A stretch of 64,000 bases of DNA from Octopus vulgaris (lineage: Eukaryota): positions 38,936,001 through 39,000,000 of the forward strand of contig OX597824.1 in the NCBI GenBank assembly GCA_951406725.2. Direction: 5' to 3'. The notes under the pieces are model-generated. The model was not told the DNA's origin and did no database searches. It saw nothing but the letters and a program-made list of their open reading frames with translations. Every line of letters starts with the position of its first letter. The first letter of the stretch is position 1. Below, piece by piece: positions 1-13,184 of this stretch. Made by a program: the position numbers and the translations under genes.

Positions 1-465
1 AATGAAAGATAGAGAAATAGAAAGATATAAAGATAGGAAAGCATGAAAGGATGAAAGAACAAGGATTAAGAATAAGAATAAGAATAATGACATGTAATTA
101 ATGAGAAGGAATACACGAACGAGAGAATAAACGAACGAAGGATAGAAAGAATCGTTTTGATAATAGTCTAGAAAGAAAGGAAGGACAAACAGCAAAAGAG
201 AGATGTGAGGACAATAAGGAAAGAAGAAAAAGAAAATAGGACTGAAAGGAAAGCATATTAGGATAGCTCATTGGTCAGGTCTCACACACCACTGGATATT
301 AGGTTAGTCTATCGAAGTCTTTCTTAGATTGCACTCTATTGTCTTTAAATAAATGAAGAGCACATTGGATAATGTAGTTAGCCTTAGAAGTAACTATGCT
401 ACCTGAAAATATGAGCCGTTAATCATCCATGTGTCTGCTGGATAAGAACTGACTTGTGTCTAAAA

Positions 466-743
<278 letters not shown>

Positions 744-744
<1 letters not shown>

Positions 745-3700
745 GACTTGTAGTGACACCACCAAAAACACCACCTAAAGCAAAACGTATAAAATGGACC
801 AGAGAGGACTATAGAGATGTGTTGAAAGCTTTTTATACAGCCCAACTAAACCCAAACAATAACCTCAGTGTACAAACATACATCTCATGGAGAAATTCAG
901 TAGGCAATGACATACGTAGATATATAGACGCAAATAAATTAAGTAATGTACGCAGAGATATAATTAAAAACAAAAGACTAACTGACGCTGAAATTGACAA
1001 AATTAGGACACTAATAGCTTATGGTAGACCAAAAGAAAACAGCAACAATGTAGACGAAATAGGTAACAGTAGCACAGAAGCCAGTGTACAAGCTGCAAAT
1101 CAACTTTCCAATGGGGAAGTTAAACAAAGAATAGCGAAGACGAGAGATTTGAAAAAAGAGGAGAACGTAGACCTTCCTCAAGAAAACCAAAATAGATATG
1201 ACATAGAATTTGAGGTGAATAATAGAGAAAAGATTATGGAAGCAAAAGTGGACATTATGAGAGAACTCGGCAAGATTGAGCTCACTGACATGGTTAATAG
1301 AGAACCACTACCAAAGTTTTCAAATGGCACAAGAAATAACAACACAATCATGACATATAACGTTGCCCTAGGACAGATCTTAAGAAATAAGGGGAATGAT
1401 TTGACAACCTTAAATAATCTCATTTATTCCACTGCTAAAGTAGTAACTACCCAACTAGGTATTAAGATGACAAAGAAAAAGGCCAGGCATGTCAATGAAC
1501 CTCCTAAGTGGAAAGTAGCGATACAAAAAGAGATTGAATCTCTGCGGGCTGATGTTTCAATTCTCGATGAGCTTGCTAGAGGAGTGAATATTAAGCCGAG
1601 AAAAGCTAGAAAAATCAAGCAAAAATATAAAATCAAAGATCTCATAAACCTCCCTGCAACTAAGGAACTGTTGAAACAACGGATACAGTTGAAAGCTCAA
1701 CGGCTTAGAAGGTATGACAAAAGAAACAAATTTTATCGACAAAATAAATTTTTTAAGACAGATGCAAAGAAATTTTATAGGGAAATTGGCAAAAATAAAA
1801 TACACATAGAAGATCCACCTAAGATTGAGGAAGTGGAGGAGTTCTGGAAGAAGGTATGGAGCAACGAAAAAGAGTTTAATGCTGAGGCTGACTGGATAGA
1901 ACGTGAGAAAGAGAGACTGGATGAACTTGAAGAACAGAAATGGGAAGCAATAGGAATAGAGGAGCTAAGGTGTGTCCTTAGGAAGGCTCATAAATGGAAA
2001 ACCCCAGGACTGGATCGGATCCCTAACTTCTGGCTGAATTGTTTGACAGAGGTACACGAACATCTCGCTGCATCTCTGTCTGATGTCATTCAGAACCCAG
2101 AGCAAATACCTGCTTGGCTGACTGAAGGAACCACCTACCTATTACCTAAAACCGAAAACACAAAAAACCCAAAGAATTACCGGCCAATAACATGTCTCAA
2201 CACCACCTACAAAATCCTCACATCCATAATAACGGAGAGAATGTACGCTTTCCTTGAACAAAATTCTATCCTTCCACAAGCTCAAAAAGGTTGTAAAAGA
2301 AACTCTTATGGGTGCAAAGACCAATTGCTCATAAACAGAATGATTGTAGAGAATTTCCGGAGCAAAAACAAAAACCTGAGTATGGCATGGATAGACTACA
2401 GGAAAGCGTATGACAGTGTCCCACATAAATGGATACTCAAGGCCCTTGAGATATACAAGATCTCTCCTGTCGTCTCAAAATTCTTAGAGAATAGCATGAC
2501 CATGTGGAACACACGTCTCTTTCTAAGCCATAGTAATGGGATGAGCCAGTCCAACAGCATCAACATCAAACGAGGCATCTTTCAAGGTGACTCCCTCTCT
2601 CCATTACTTTTTTGCATGGCACTGATCCCACTCTCAAACGAATTGGATAGTACCAGATATGGGTACAAAGTTTTTAGTAAGTTAATAAACCACCTTTTCT
2701 ATATGGACGACCTAAAGCTGTTTGCCAGGAATGACCAAGAGCTAGAAGGGCTGCTAACAACTGTTAAAGAGTTTAGCAATGATATCGGAATGGATTTTGG
2801 CCTTGATAAGTGTGCTAAAGCAACTTTTGTAAGAGGCAAGCTCATGCAAACAGCTTCTGTTAAATTAGATATTGACACTACCATCAAGGAACTTGACCCA
2901 CAGGAAAGTTACAAATACCTAGGAATCAACGAAGGAGATGGTATACATCATGCTACTATGAAGGAAAAAATAAGAAAGGAATACTATAGGAGAATAAGGC
3001 TTGTACTGAAGACTGAACTCAACTCCAAAAATTGCATTGAGGCCATTAACACCCTGGCACTTCCAGTAGTCCAGTACAGTTTTAACATCATTAACTGGAA
3101 CCTTACGGAACTCCAACGCTTGGACAGGAAGACAAGAAAGTTACTGACATCCAAGAGCATGCACCACCCTAAGGCAGATGTAGACCGCTTGTACCTACCT
3201 AGAAGCAGCGGGGGGAGAGGAATGATGCAATTAGAGCTGTGCTATAAGACCTCTACTGTAGGAATGAACAGGTACCTATCTAGTACAAAGGACTGGATGC
3301 TGCGACTTGTGTGCGAACACGAAAGCAGCAAAAAGCTACATTCTATTGTCAAGGAAGCTTATAAGTTCGAAAGGGAACTAGACATTAACCTTGAATCAGA
3401 TGAAGAGCCGGAAACCACTGCTACCAAGCAAGCAAAGCGAATCAAGCAGACTGCAAAACAGAACGGGCAGAATCAAATTGAGAGGCGGTGGAGCCAGAAG
3501 CCCCTGCATGGACAATATATTCTCCGAAGCCAAAATGCTGATGTAGACCAAGCAACAACCCATCAGTGGCTGAAGAGCTCTGGATTGAAAGCAGAGACTG
3601 AAGGTTTCATAATGGCAGCACAAGATCAAAGCTTGTTTACCAGAAATTACCAGGCTAACGTTCTCCGAAACGATACTGACCCTAAATGCAGATTCTGCGA

Positions 3701-4253
3701 CACATTTGACGAAACGATAGACCATCTCGTTTCGGGATGTCCTGTGCTGACACCAAACGAATACAAAAATCGCCACGATAGGGTAGGACAGTATATACAT
3801 TGGAAGATATGTAAACACTACAAATCCGACACTCCTGCTAACTGGTATGAACACCATCCTCAGCCAGTTGTTGAAGGTAAAGATGTCACCATCCTCTGGG
3901 ATTTTCCAGTCAACACTGACAGAACGATCAGGGCTAATCGACCAGACATAATTGTTAAAGACAGGGAAGAAAATACCTGCAGACTAATAGAAGTAAGCGT
4001 CCCCACTGATAAAAATGTATCTGTCAAGGAATTTGACAAACTTAGTAAATATAAGGACCTGGAAATCGAAATACAGAGGATGTGGAATCTTAAAACGAAA
4101 ACTGTTCCTATTATTGTAGGTGCCCTAGGTATGATAAAAAAGGGATGTCAGAAACACCTAGACAATATCCCTGGAAAACCATGTCTCAAGGAAATCCAAA
4201 AGATTGTGCTAACAAGTACTGCCCACATCCTTAGAAAAACCCTATCAATGTAA
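744..4253 (+). CDS. R4/Dong ORF: reverse transcriptase, CCHC zinc knuckle, restriction-like endonuclease
   Basis: RT motifs PGLD, YRPITCL, WIDYRKAYDSVPH, GIFQGDSLSPLLF, YMDD; CRFC-x8-HLVSGC; RHD; RPDIIV...IEV...K..KY; N-terminal KWTREDY motif; no stops or frameshifts. Confidence 0.93.
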
Positions 4254-4407
4254 ATGTTTGTGTTTGCATTACATGGAGATATATCTCTACTTCCCCTCCC
4301 CAAGCTTTCAGCTATATTTCAACAACTCTTAACCTTCACTTGCCCTAGGGCGCTGGGTGTGCCCCGGCAGGTGATTGCATCAAACATGCAGATTAAAAGT
4401 AAATGAC
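744..4407 (+). mobile_element. R4/Dong-clade non-LTR retrotransposon, near full length, probably slightly 5'-truncated
   Basis: One uninterrupted ORF plus ~150-nt 3' UTR; (AAT)n on both sides (468-743, 4408-4476), matching the known TAA-repeat specificity of Dong-like elements. Confidence 0.92.
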
Positions 4408-4454
<47 letters not shown>

Positions 4455-4476
4455 TAACAATAATAATAATAATAAT

Positions 4477-5027
4477 GCCCTGATGCAGTACCAGGCATGA
4501 CTCTCGTGGCTTCTGATCTTAACTGATTGCAAGTGTTATCATGTACATTGTTTTGTATTGGTATAAAAGATGGCCTACAGCAAATATTCTGCTCAATACT
4601 ACAGATTTGCTTGTCAGTTGTTTGATCTTACACATTTGAGTATGTCTCTTTGTGACTGAAGATATGTGCATCTCTGATCACGATCAGAAGTAGTGGGGGA
4701 GCATCATAGCCGTGTGTTGAAAGGAATTCTTGGAGGTTTGGATAATTCACCTTTGGAAACATGGGTATTCCATTCAACATCCTTAAACAACCCTTATTCA
4801 GGGACCTTTTGATTGGGACGGGCTACTCGACCAGATGAAAATTCTAACTGGCCCCCACCTGCAAAGTCATGCGCTGTTTATCTTGATATGAGATCACCAT
4901 GTCGCTCACATATGGTTGTGATGCATGTGCCTGGTGTACTCTTATCAGACGGGTAGTCATGATGGGTATAATGGGTTTCGTATATTTTACCCCAGTGCCA
5001 CTTTGATGGCATGCACTACTCTCTCTC
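4477..5027 (+). mobile_element. ~550-bp non-coding element bounded by (AAT)n (putative non-autonomous, R4-mobilised)
   Basis: Complex sequence with sharp (AAT)n borders at both ends and no convincing ORF. Confidence 0.6.
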
Positions 5028-5124
<97 letters not shown>

Positions 5125-5200
5125 GTAATAATAATAATAATAATAATAGTAATAATAATAATAATAATAATAGTAATAGTAATAATAATAATAATAATAA

Positions 5201-5251
5201 GAGCTGCGCTCGGTAGTGAAGTGAAAGCACGCTATAAAAATAAAACTACTG
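5201..5251 (+). mobile_element. 51-bp 3'-end stub of another AAT-targeting LINE
   Basis: GAGCTGCGCTCGGTAGTGAAGTGAAAGCACGCTATAAAAATAAAACTACTG embedded in pure (AAT)n; resembles an extremely 5'-truncated insertion. Confidence 0.55.
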
Positions 5252-5259
5252 AATAATAA

Positions 5260-5354
<95 letters not shown>

Positions 5355-5369
5355 TTAATAATAATAATA

Positions 5370-5433
<64 letters not shown>
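5252..5433. repeat. (AAT)n followed directly by (ATT)n (inverted microsatellite junction)
   Basis: Orientation switch at ~5370. Confidence 0.95.
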
Positions 5434-5434
<1 letters not shown>

Positions 5435-6616
5435 AGAGAATACGAAGAAGGCGACGCGATTGCAATATATATTTTATTGGTTGAGCGATATTTCGACAGC
5501 AACCCTGTCTTTGTCGAGATCAATTTGAAAAGTGATAAAATTCAAAATAATAGAAATTCAAATCCAAAATACGAACGTGAGTAACCAGCGTCCACACGTT
5601 GATGGAATGACATCATCAGTCTTCAGTAATGAATCGTCTGGCTGTGATGCACACATTAGTATATTCGATGTAAGACCCTCCGATATAACATAAAACCAAT
5701 TATCTCAAGCTACTAGATTTTGATATTTTAAAAGGATTGACGTAACTCTTCCCAAAAGTAAACAGATAATACGAAGAACGCGATGCGATTGCAATAGATG
5801 TCTTATTGGAAGAACGATAGTTCGATAGCAAGCCTGTCTTTGTCGAGTTCAAAATGAAAAGTGATAAAATTTCAAAATTAGGAATTCGAATCCAAAATAC
5901 GAACGAGAGCAACCAGCGTCCACACGTTGATGGAATGATATCATCAGTCTTCAAAGTTCAATTTTACAACTGGTAGAAAGAAACACAACTTGATTTATGC
6001 CGGTTGTACAACAGAGCAATTAAACAAAAGATTCAATGGGCAGAGATATGACGTCAGGCACAATAACAGCAGATCGCTAGAACTTGCCAAACATTTTGCA
6101 TCAAATGGCTGCGATTTTGCAAAAAAAGACTTGGAAATGCATTTTCTCAGAAAATATTCTGAATCTGCCACAATTTCAGTACTCAAAATGCCTGATGAGA
6201 GATATGTTTATAAAGTTTTATCATCACGCCCTGAAGGAATGAATAAAATGATAGGAGAATTTCATGAAATTTACACAAACTGTTTGATTAGATATTCTTC
6301 TTCTTTTTTCCTTTTCTTTTTTCTTTATTTTTCATTTTTTTTCACTTTTTTCTTTCTTTTTATTTTTGCTAGTTGTAAAATTGAACTTGAAGACTGCTGA
6401 TGTCATTCTGTCAACGTGCGGACGCTGGTTGTGCTCGTTCATATTTTGGTTTTGAATTTCTATAATTTTGAATTTTTATCACTTTTCATTTGGAACTCGA
6501 CAAAGGCAGGCTTGCTGTCGAAATATCGTTCAACAAATAAAATATCTATTGCAATTGCATTACCTTCTTCATATTTTCTATTTACATTTGTGAAGAGTTA
6601 CATCAATTCTTTTAAA

Positions 6617-6620
<4 letters not shown>
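5434..6620 (+). mobile_element. Penelope-like element remnant with GIY-YIG fragment and inverted/tandem pseudo-LTRs
   Basis: ORF 5990-6400 begins IYAGCTTEQLNKRFNGQRYD...LAKHF (GIY-YIG-like YxGxT..L..R). 6369-6620 is the reverse complement of 5722-5973, and 5441-5625 is a further copy. Confidence 0.8.
6493..6531 (+). ncRNA. Minimal type-I hammerhead-like ribozyme, U3:A8 variant
   Basis: GAAC-TCGACAA-A-GGCAG(gcttg)CTGTC-GAAA-TA-TC-GTTC; stems I and II pair; minus-strand copies at 5481-5523 and 5812-5850. Confidence 0.55.
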
Positions 6621-6703
<83 letters not shown>

Positions 6704-6719
6704 TAATAACAATAATAAT

Positions 6720-7290
6720 GCGAAAAACAAGATAATAGGTATCAACACTCTAGCTGTCTCAGCTACAAGTTACAGCTACAATATTCTTAACTGGACTCTA
6801 AATGAGCTAATCAAAATAGACAGGAAAAGAAGAAGAATAATAACAGGATTTAGGATGCACCACCCAAAATTTGACATAGAAATGCTATATATAAAACGTA
6901 TCGAAGGTGGTAGAAATATTGCACAGACAGAAAATTATTACAAAATAACCACCATAAGACTACAGAAATACCTACTTCAGAAGTTAGGAAAACTGATACA
7001 AATAACCACAAAACACGAACAAAACAGAAAACTGCTTGCAGTCTTTAAAGAAGATGATAAATACAAAAAAGAAGTCATAGTACCTAACAATTATGAAGAA
7101 AAAGAAGAAACGACAAAAGGTGTAAAACAACTGAAATGTAGACTAAAACTGGAACAGCAAAGGATCATGATAAAACGATCGCAAGAAAAGCCCCTTCGTG
7201 GCAAATATTGGGTTAAGCTAAACAAAAATGAAATAGACAAAGCAAAATCCCAACAATGGCTGAAAAGCAGAACAAGAATCCAAGCAATAA
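6720..7290 (+). pseudogene. Decayed R4/Dong LINE fragment (post-RT region)
   Basis: INTLAV..SYNILNWT..IDRK..MHHPKFDIEMLYIKRIEGGR..QEKPLRGKY..QWLKS aligns by eye with the intact ORF; begins right after (AAT)n 6621-6719. Confidence 0.85.
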
Positions 7291-7321
7291 CCTATTTACT
7301 AATTTTTAATGTTTTTTAATT

Positions 7322-7927
7322 CAGATATTTGAACGTGAATATCTAATCGCTCTTGTATTTCGTCGTCGGAGAACCCCCTTTTCCCTTTTAGACGAATTTT
7401 GTTCATAACACATAACATCAAACCTGTATAAGGGGACTTCGAGGCACTGCGGTATTTCGACAGAATTGTGTTTCTCCACCCTCAGAGTTACCGTGGCGAG
7501 TTGTTCTTCGACGATAAAACAACAACAACAAAAAAAGAATAATAAAGAAAAAAGCAACACAAAAAAGATCAAATTTTCACTTTCGAATCTTCAGAATATA
7601 TAAAAATAGAATAGATAGGTACGTTATTGTTTAGATTATCGCTCTTCTGCGTACATATCATGAATTATTATCTGTTTGACAAACATCAACATATTTTGTT
7701 TACCGATTACAAATTATTTGCTTACCGATTACGTGCTCTGCATAGATTCATTGGTCCGATGGTATAGCATCAATTGAGGAGACAAAATGATGTCGAAATA
7801 TTACTGTATCTCGAAGTCCTTTTACACAGGAGAGTCGCCTGTGTTACGAACACACACCATCTAAAACGGAGAAGTGCTCTCCGCAGGTGAAAAACAACAG
7901 CAATCATATATTCACATTCTAATCTGT
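7322..7927. mobile_element. Degenerate foldback/MITE-like element with ~140-bp imperfect inverted arms
   Basis: 7322-7462 is a diverged reverse complement of 7791-7927 (GGACTTCGAGGCACTGCGGTATTTCGACA vs TGTCGAAATATTACTGTATCTCGAAGTCC). Confidence 0.6.
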
Positions 7928-8199
7928 CAGAATGTATTATGAATGCAAAGATGCGTTGTTCAGAAACAGATATTTACCAAAATACTGTTTTAGTGAGATC
8001 TAGTCATGTGGAACACCTATCATCTACACATGCTTAGAAAAAGGTTTCATAGAATCTCTTTTCCGCAGTAAATTTAAAGGGTGCCATTAGATATAAAAGA
8101 AACGATACATACTTTCTAGACACAACTTTTGGCGTAAAGACATGCAAATACCACCCATGTAGAAATGCCTCGCCACCACCACATATATGTATGTATCTG

Positions 8200-9800
8200 C
8201 AGCAGCTAAGTATTCTATTTCTATTTAAGATTTAGAAATTTAAAAATTTAAAATATTTTAATAAGTCTTATTGTATAATTTTGTATTCTATATAAATACT
8301 GATAGTTATGTAATGATTTAGTTATCGAAGTTATGTATAATTATTAGATTTTAACTCTACGTTTATTTGTAAGACTTTACTTAGCCAAAGAGATATATAG
8401 ATCGTTAATAGTAATACGATTTTTTAAAGTTAGGCTTCATGTCTATACATTTATTGATAGCATAAATTTTAGTCTTTAATCACTATATTTGTTGATAGTT
8501 ATTTAGTTATTATTTTTAATTATTTTATGATTATTAGATGTGTACTTAAATCTAATATATGAATAATGATTTTTTAGTTAAATAATTTGGTAATTAAATT
8601 TTTGGACTATAACTGAGTTAGGGATATTTGTGAGTTTATTATGTTTTTTTAAGCTATTTTATATATTCATAAATATATTTAATAGTTGACTTTGTTCTAT
8701 TATAGCTTATATATAGCTATTTTCAATTGATAATTTGTCGTAGTATTTTTCATTGATAAATATATTCGTAGTATTTTTTTGGATACTATATAACTACGGA
8801 TTGATAATTTCATTGTATAAGTATTTGGTTGTTGAAGATCTGTATTTCATTATTTTATTATTAGTTCTTAACTCTACGGTTTTTGTAAGTTATTAATTAG
8901 CCAACGAGATATATATATCGTGAAATAGTTATAGGTTTCTTTTAAGATAGTTTATTTGTTTACAATTTGCTTTTTCCTCTTTAATCTTTTAATTTTTAAT
9001 ATATTTCATAAGTAATAATGAATAATTAATTCATTTAGTTTTTTATTATACGTATATATATATTTATTGATAAAGATAATTTTAGATCTTAATTCTTATA
9101 TTTATATATATTTATATATATTTATTGATAACTTAGTTATTATTCAAATATTTTATAATTATTTGATTTGAACTTAAATTTAATAATATGAATAGTGATT
9201 TTATTTCATTATATTTTTTTTGTTAAATAATTAGGTAATTAGATATTGACTATAACTGAGATTACGTTATTCGTGAGTTTATTATGTTTTTTTAAATCCA
9301 TTTTATATCTGAATAGATAAATACATGTTCTATCTATTCTTACCTTAAAAATTAATATTTAACATTATAATTGGATTATATGACATAATCACAATCGTTA
9401 AAGTTTCTAGTTTGATAATAGAGTTTTTTATAAGAAAAATTATTATTTTATTTATTTCTTAAAAAATATTGTTTAAATATATTTGTTTATTTATTTAACT
9501 ATTATCTTTAACCTGAAGATCGACTTTAACAATAATTCGAATTATTAATCGAATTTAAATTATTGTAATTCGAATTAGGTTATTGGCATGTAACGTACGT
9601 AGTGGTTTTACTTATTATCTTATATTAAACTTTTGATAGTTATATATATTTAATAAAAAAATTTATATAAAAAATATAAAAATTTATAAATATAAATTAA
9701 CAATTTTAATTTTAAATCTAAATAATTTAAATCTTTTAATTTTATATTTTATATATTTTGTATATTATATTAATTATTTTAATTTTTATGTTTTGGTTTA
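8200..9800. repeat. Extremely AT-rich region with an internal diverged direct duplication
   Basis: TAACTCTACG..TTAGCCAA.GAGATATAT at ~8352 and ~8869; GACTATAACTGAG..GTGAGTTTATTATGTTTTTTTAA at ~8606 and ~9248. Confidence 0.7.
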
Positions 9801-9894
9801 TGTTTTTCACTGTTTGATTTGCCTAATAGTAGTTTTATCTCTAATTTATATATATATATATATATATAATTTCAATTGGTTACATTGTCATATG

Positions 9895-9983
<89 letters not shown>

Positions 9984-10830
9984 GTATATATGTATATGTA
10001 TGTATGTATATGTATATACATACATACATACATATATATATTTTGATTTGAAAAGCCCACTCGATTGGGAGAAAGCGCTAATCCGAATGATATGATCTGA
10101 ATGATATGATATATATGTAAAAAATGTAATATATAAATAAATATCTATAAATATGAACCATCCGATCTGATTACCTCATTTTTTCTAATATATAATACCT
10201 GTACATCATCTCCAAACCTTCCAATATATATATATACATACATATATGTATATATATATAGTAATAATAATAATAATATAAATAATATACATATGCATAT
10301 ATATAGATACGTATACGTACATACTTACACGTATACGTATATAATATGCATAAGTGAGTACAGGACGTCACAAAACATAAACAACAAAAAATACAAAGCA
10401 CGAGGACATGGAATAAGGCCTTTTTGCATACACACACACACACATTTATATAGAGAGAAAGTATGAAAGAGAGATACATATGTATATATGTATGTATATG
10501 TACATATATGAATCTATATTATTTATATTGCCGTATACAAATTGATATCTAAATAGTCTAAACAAAAACTTCCTCGTCGCTTGGAAGGGATTTAGCTCCT
10601 GTTTGTAAACAATGGTGATTACTCCAACTAGAAAATTGTTAAAAGTTTTGGTTGAAAATTTATTTTACTACTATTCGCTGGTGCCTCTGGGAAAATAAGT
10701 GGACGAAAATACAGCTAGGATCATGACGAATGTCCTCCTAAAATTGGAGCGAAATGCGTACTAATTTGTGGACGTTCATAAATTACATTCACCTACACAC
10801 ATATACACACACATCCTGCATTATATATTT

Positions 10831-10880
<50 letters not shown>

Positions 10881-11025
10881 ATGAAGAGGTGCACTCTATA
10901 CCACGCATCAGGTGTCGAATTGATTGCAGTGTAAAATGAGATGAAGTGTTTTGCTCAAGAACACAATACACCACCCAATCTAGGAATTGGAAGTCACAAT
11001 ACATATGTATATATTTATATACATC

Positions 11026-11069
<44 letters not shown>

Positions 11070-11209
11070 CATGCATATATATGGATATATATATATACAC
11101 ATATATATGTATGTACTTATATAAGAATATATATATATCTTATAATTCTTATATATGTATACACACTCACACCCACCTATATATACATATACAGAGAAAT
11201 AAATATGTC

Positions 11210-11270
<61 letters not shown>

Positions 11271-11271
<1 letters not shown>

Positions 11272-12452
11272 CTTTTAATGTGGCCACACAGGGCTAAACA
11301 CAGAATAAAAATGGACGAAATACAATGTAGAGTTTTTTCTTTTCGAGGTGGGATGGGTGGGACATACAAAGATAAAAAACGTTCGATCAATAGGGATCTG
11401 TGGGTTGTGTGGTGTATAAAAATATAATATATATATATATATATAAATAAAGTTCACAGTTTAGGTGTAGCCCTGGAAAGAAAAACCTACAAAAAAGACC
11501 AAGGTCACCTCAGACAGTTCGAAAATGAACACATGAGTAAGTCACCTTACCTCTCGTTGTCTCTTTTGGTCGTAGATTTACGCTTAAAATAGTGTCGTCT
11601 TTCATACTAACCATTTTTGCCACTTTTACCCACTTTTTATTAAAACATTCGTTCGACAAAGCCTTCCTCTCTATTCTCATCCTCCTTTTCAAGTGGTACT
11701 TGAAAAAGTTGACGAGGGACTGACCAGAGAGGAAGGTGTTTGTTTGCAGCCCTTTCAAACGCGTCCACCACACACATTCTTTCGCCATTGCCATCAGCGT
11801 AACGAAAATCGTTTTCCCTTCCCGTTTAAAGGAAGGTGGTGGAACAATATTTACGATAGACTCGGCCGATAAGCGGGCCCGTCCTACACGCGACAACAGC
11901 TGTTCGACGAAGGTCCACAGCTCTGAAATATCTGGACACTGCACGAGTGCGTGCAGAACGGTTTCGTCGCTCTGACCGCATCTCGGGCAGGTCGGTCCGC
12001 TGATGGTTTTCGAACCGTGCCTGTAGCTCTTCTCTCGAACAGGTAGTGCGTCTTGATAGCATTGCCAAGCCAGGGATTTCTGGAAGTTATCCATAGGCCC
12101 CGGCCCGAACGTCGTCCTGAACAGGCGGGTTAGGAATTTCTCGTCGACGCCCAGGTTTGCCCCGAGTGTGTCGTCGGACCTCCCCTCCACTAGTCCTCTA
12201 TAGAACGCTTTAGTCGTTTGTAAGTTGCACAAGTTTGACCCCGGTCGGCAGAGCTGCTGTAGAGCTTGGCGACACTCTCGGTGCCAATCGCCCAGTTTCG
12301 GTCTCTTCCTGATCCACGTTTGCAGTTCGGTCAGTGAGACGAGCTGCGGGAAGGCGCGCCTCACAAACGGCACTCACACCGTCATCGATGAAGTTCCAGA
12401 GATGTTGCAGTCTCAGCGTATGCCTGCGCATCATCAATCACGGCATGCCTAC
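11271..12452 (-). mobile_element. 5'-truncated Tx1/L1-clade LINE inserted in (GATA)n
   Basis: ORFs 12210-12437 and 11510-12373 (frameshifted) give MRRHTLRL..PFV..FPQ..GPGPMDNFQKSLAWQC..CPRCGQSDETVLHALVQC (zf-RVT-like), homologous to the 56-58 kb element; (GATA)n on both sides. Confidence 0.88.
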
Positions 12453-12528
<76 letters not shown>

Positions 12529-13184
12529 GGATAGATAGATGGATAGATAGAATGAAATTAAAAGAAAATAGCAAACCAAGTTGGAAAAGAGAGGGGCAGA
12601 GAGAGGAGGAGAGAGAAAGAGGGAGAGAGGAAGAAAGGGAGAGAGGGAGAGAGGGAGAAAAGGAGAGAGGGAGAGAAAAGGAGAGGAAAGGCGAGAGAAG
12701 GAGAGAGAGATAGATAGAGAGAGGAATTTGATTGCCGGGATGATAATAAAATATGATGGGAGTGAGGCCGTGGGGACAGAGAAAGAAAAGATAGGATGAG
12801 AGAAATATGTTGAGAGAGTGACGAGGATAAGAGAAAGATATGTGAGGGTGAGACCATAGTGAGAGAGAAAGAAGGTATGGTGAAAGTAGGAAGATGGTGA
12901 GAGAGGGGTACGATGAAGATGGGAGGATGGTGAGAGAGGAAGAGAAAGAGATGGGGAGAGAGATGGTGAAGGTGCGAGGATAGTGAGGCATCATTAAAGA
13001 TATGGGTTGCCAAGTAACAGCTAATCTTGTGATTTAAGGTTGAACCTGGAGACGTCGAGGCTTTCATCTTTGCCGCATCTTTTCAAACAATTCTCAATGT
13101 TTCTGGTATTTTAAGGGGACACACTAAATGGAAAGACTTTGTAGAAATGGACTAAAACTATGTGACCCCTTCTTTGTAATGCGC

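Noticed and set aside
8200-9800. Mitochondrial insertion (NUMT)
   Set aside because: No recognisable mitochondrial tRNA, rRNA or protein motif by eye; left as unassigned.
12382-12452. 5' inversion (twin priming) of the Tx1 copy
   Set aside because: The segment is the same-strand continuation across a frameshift (MRRHTLRLQHLW).
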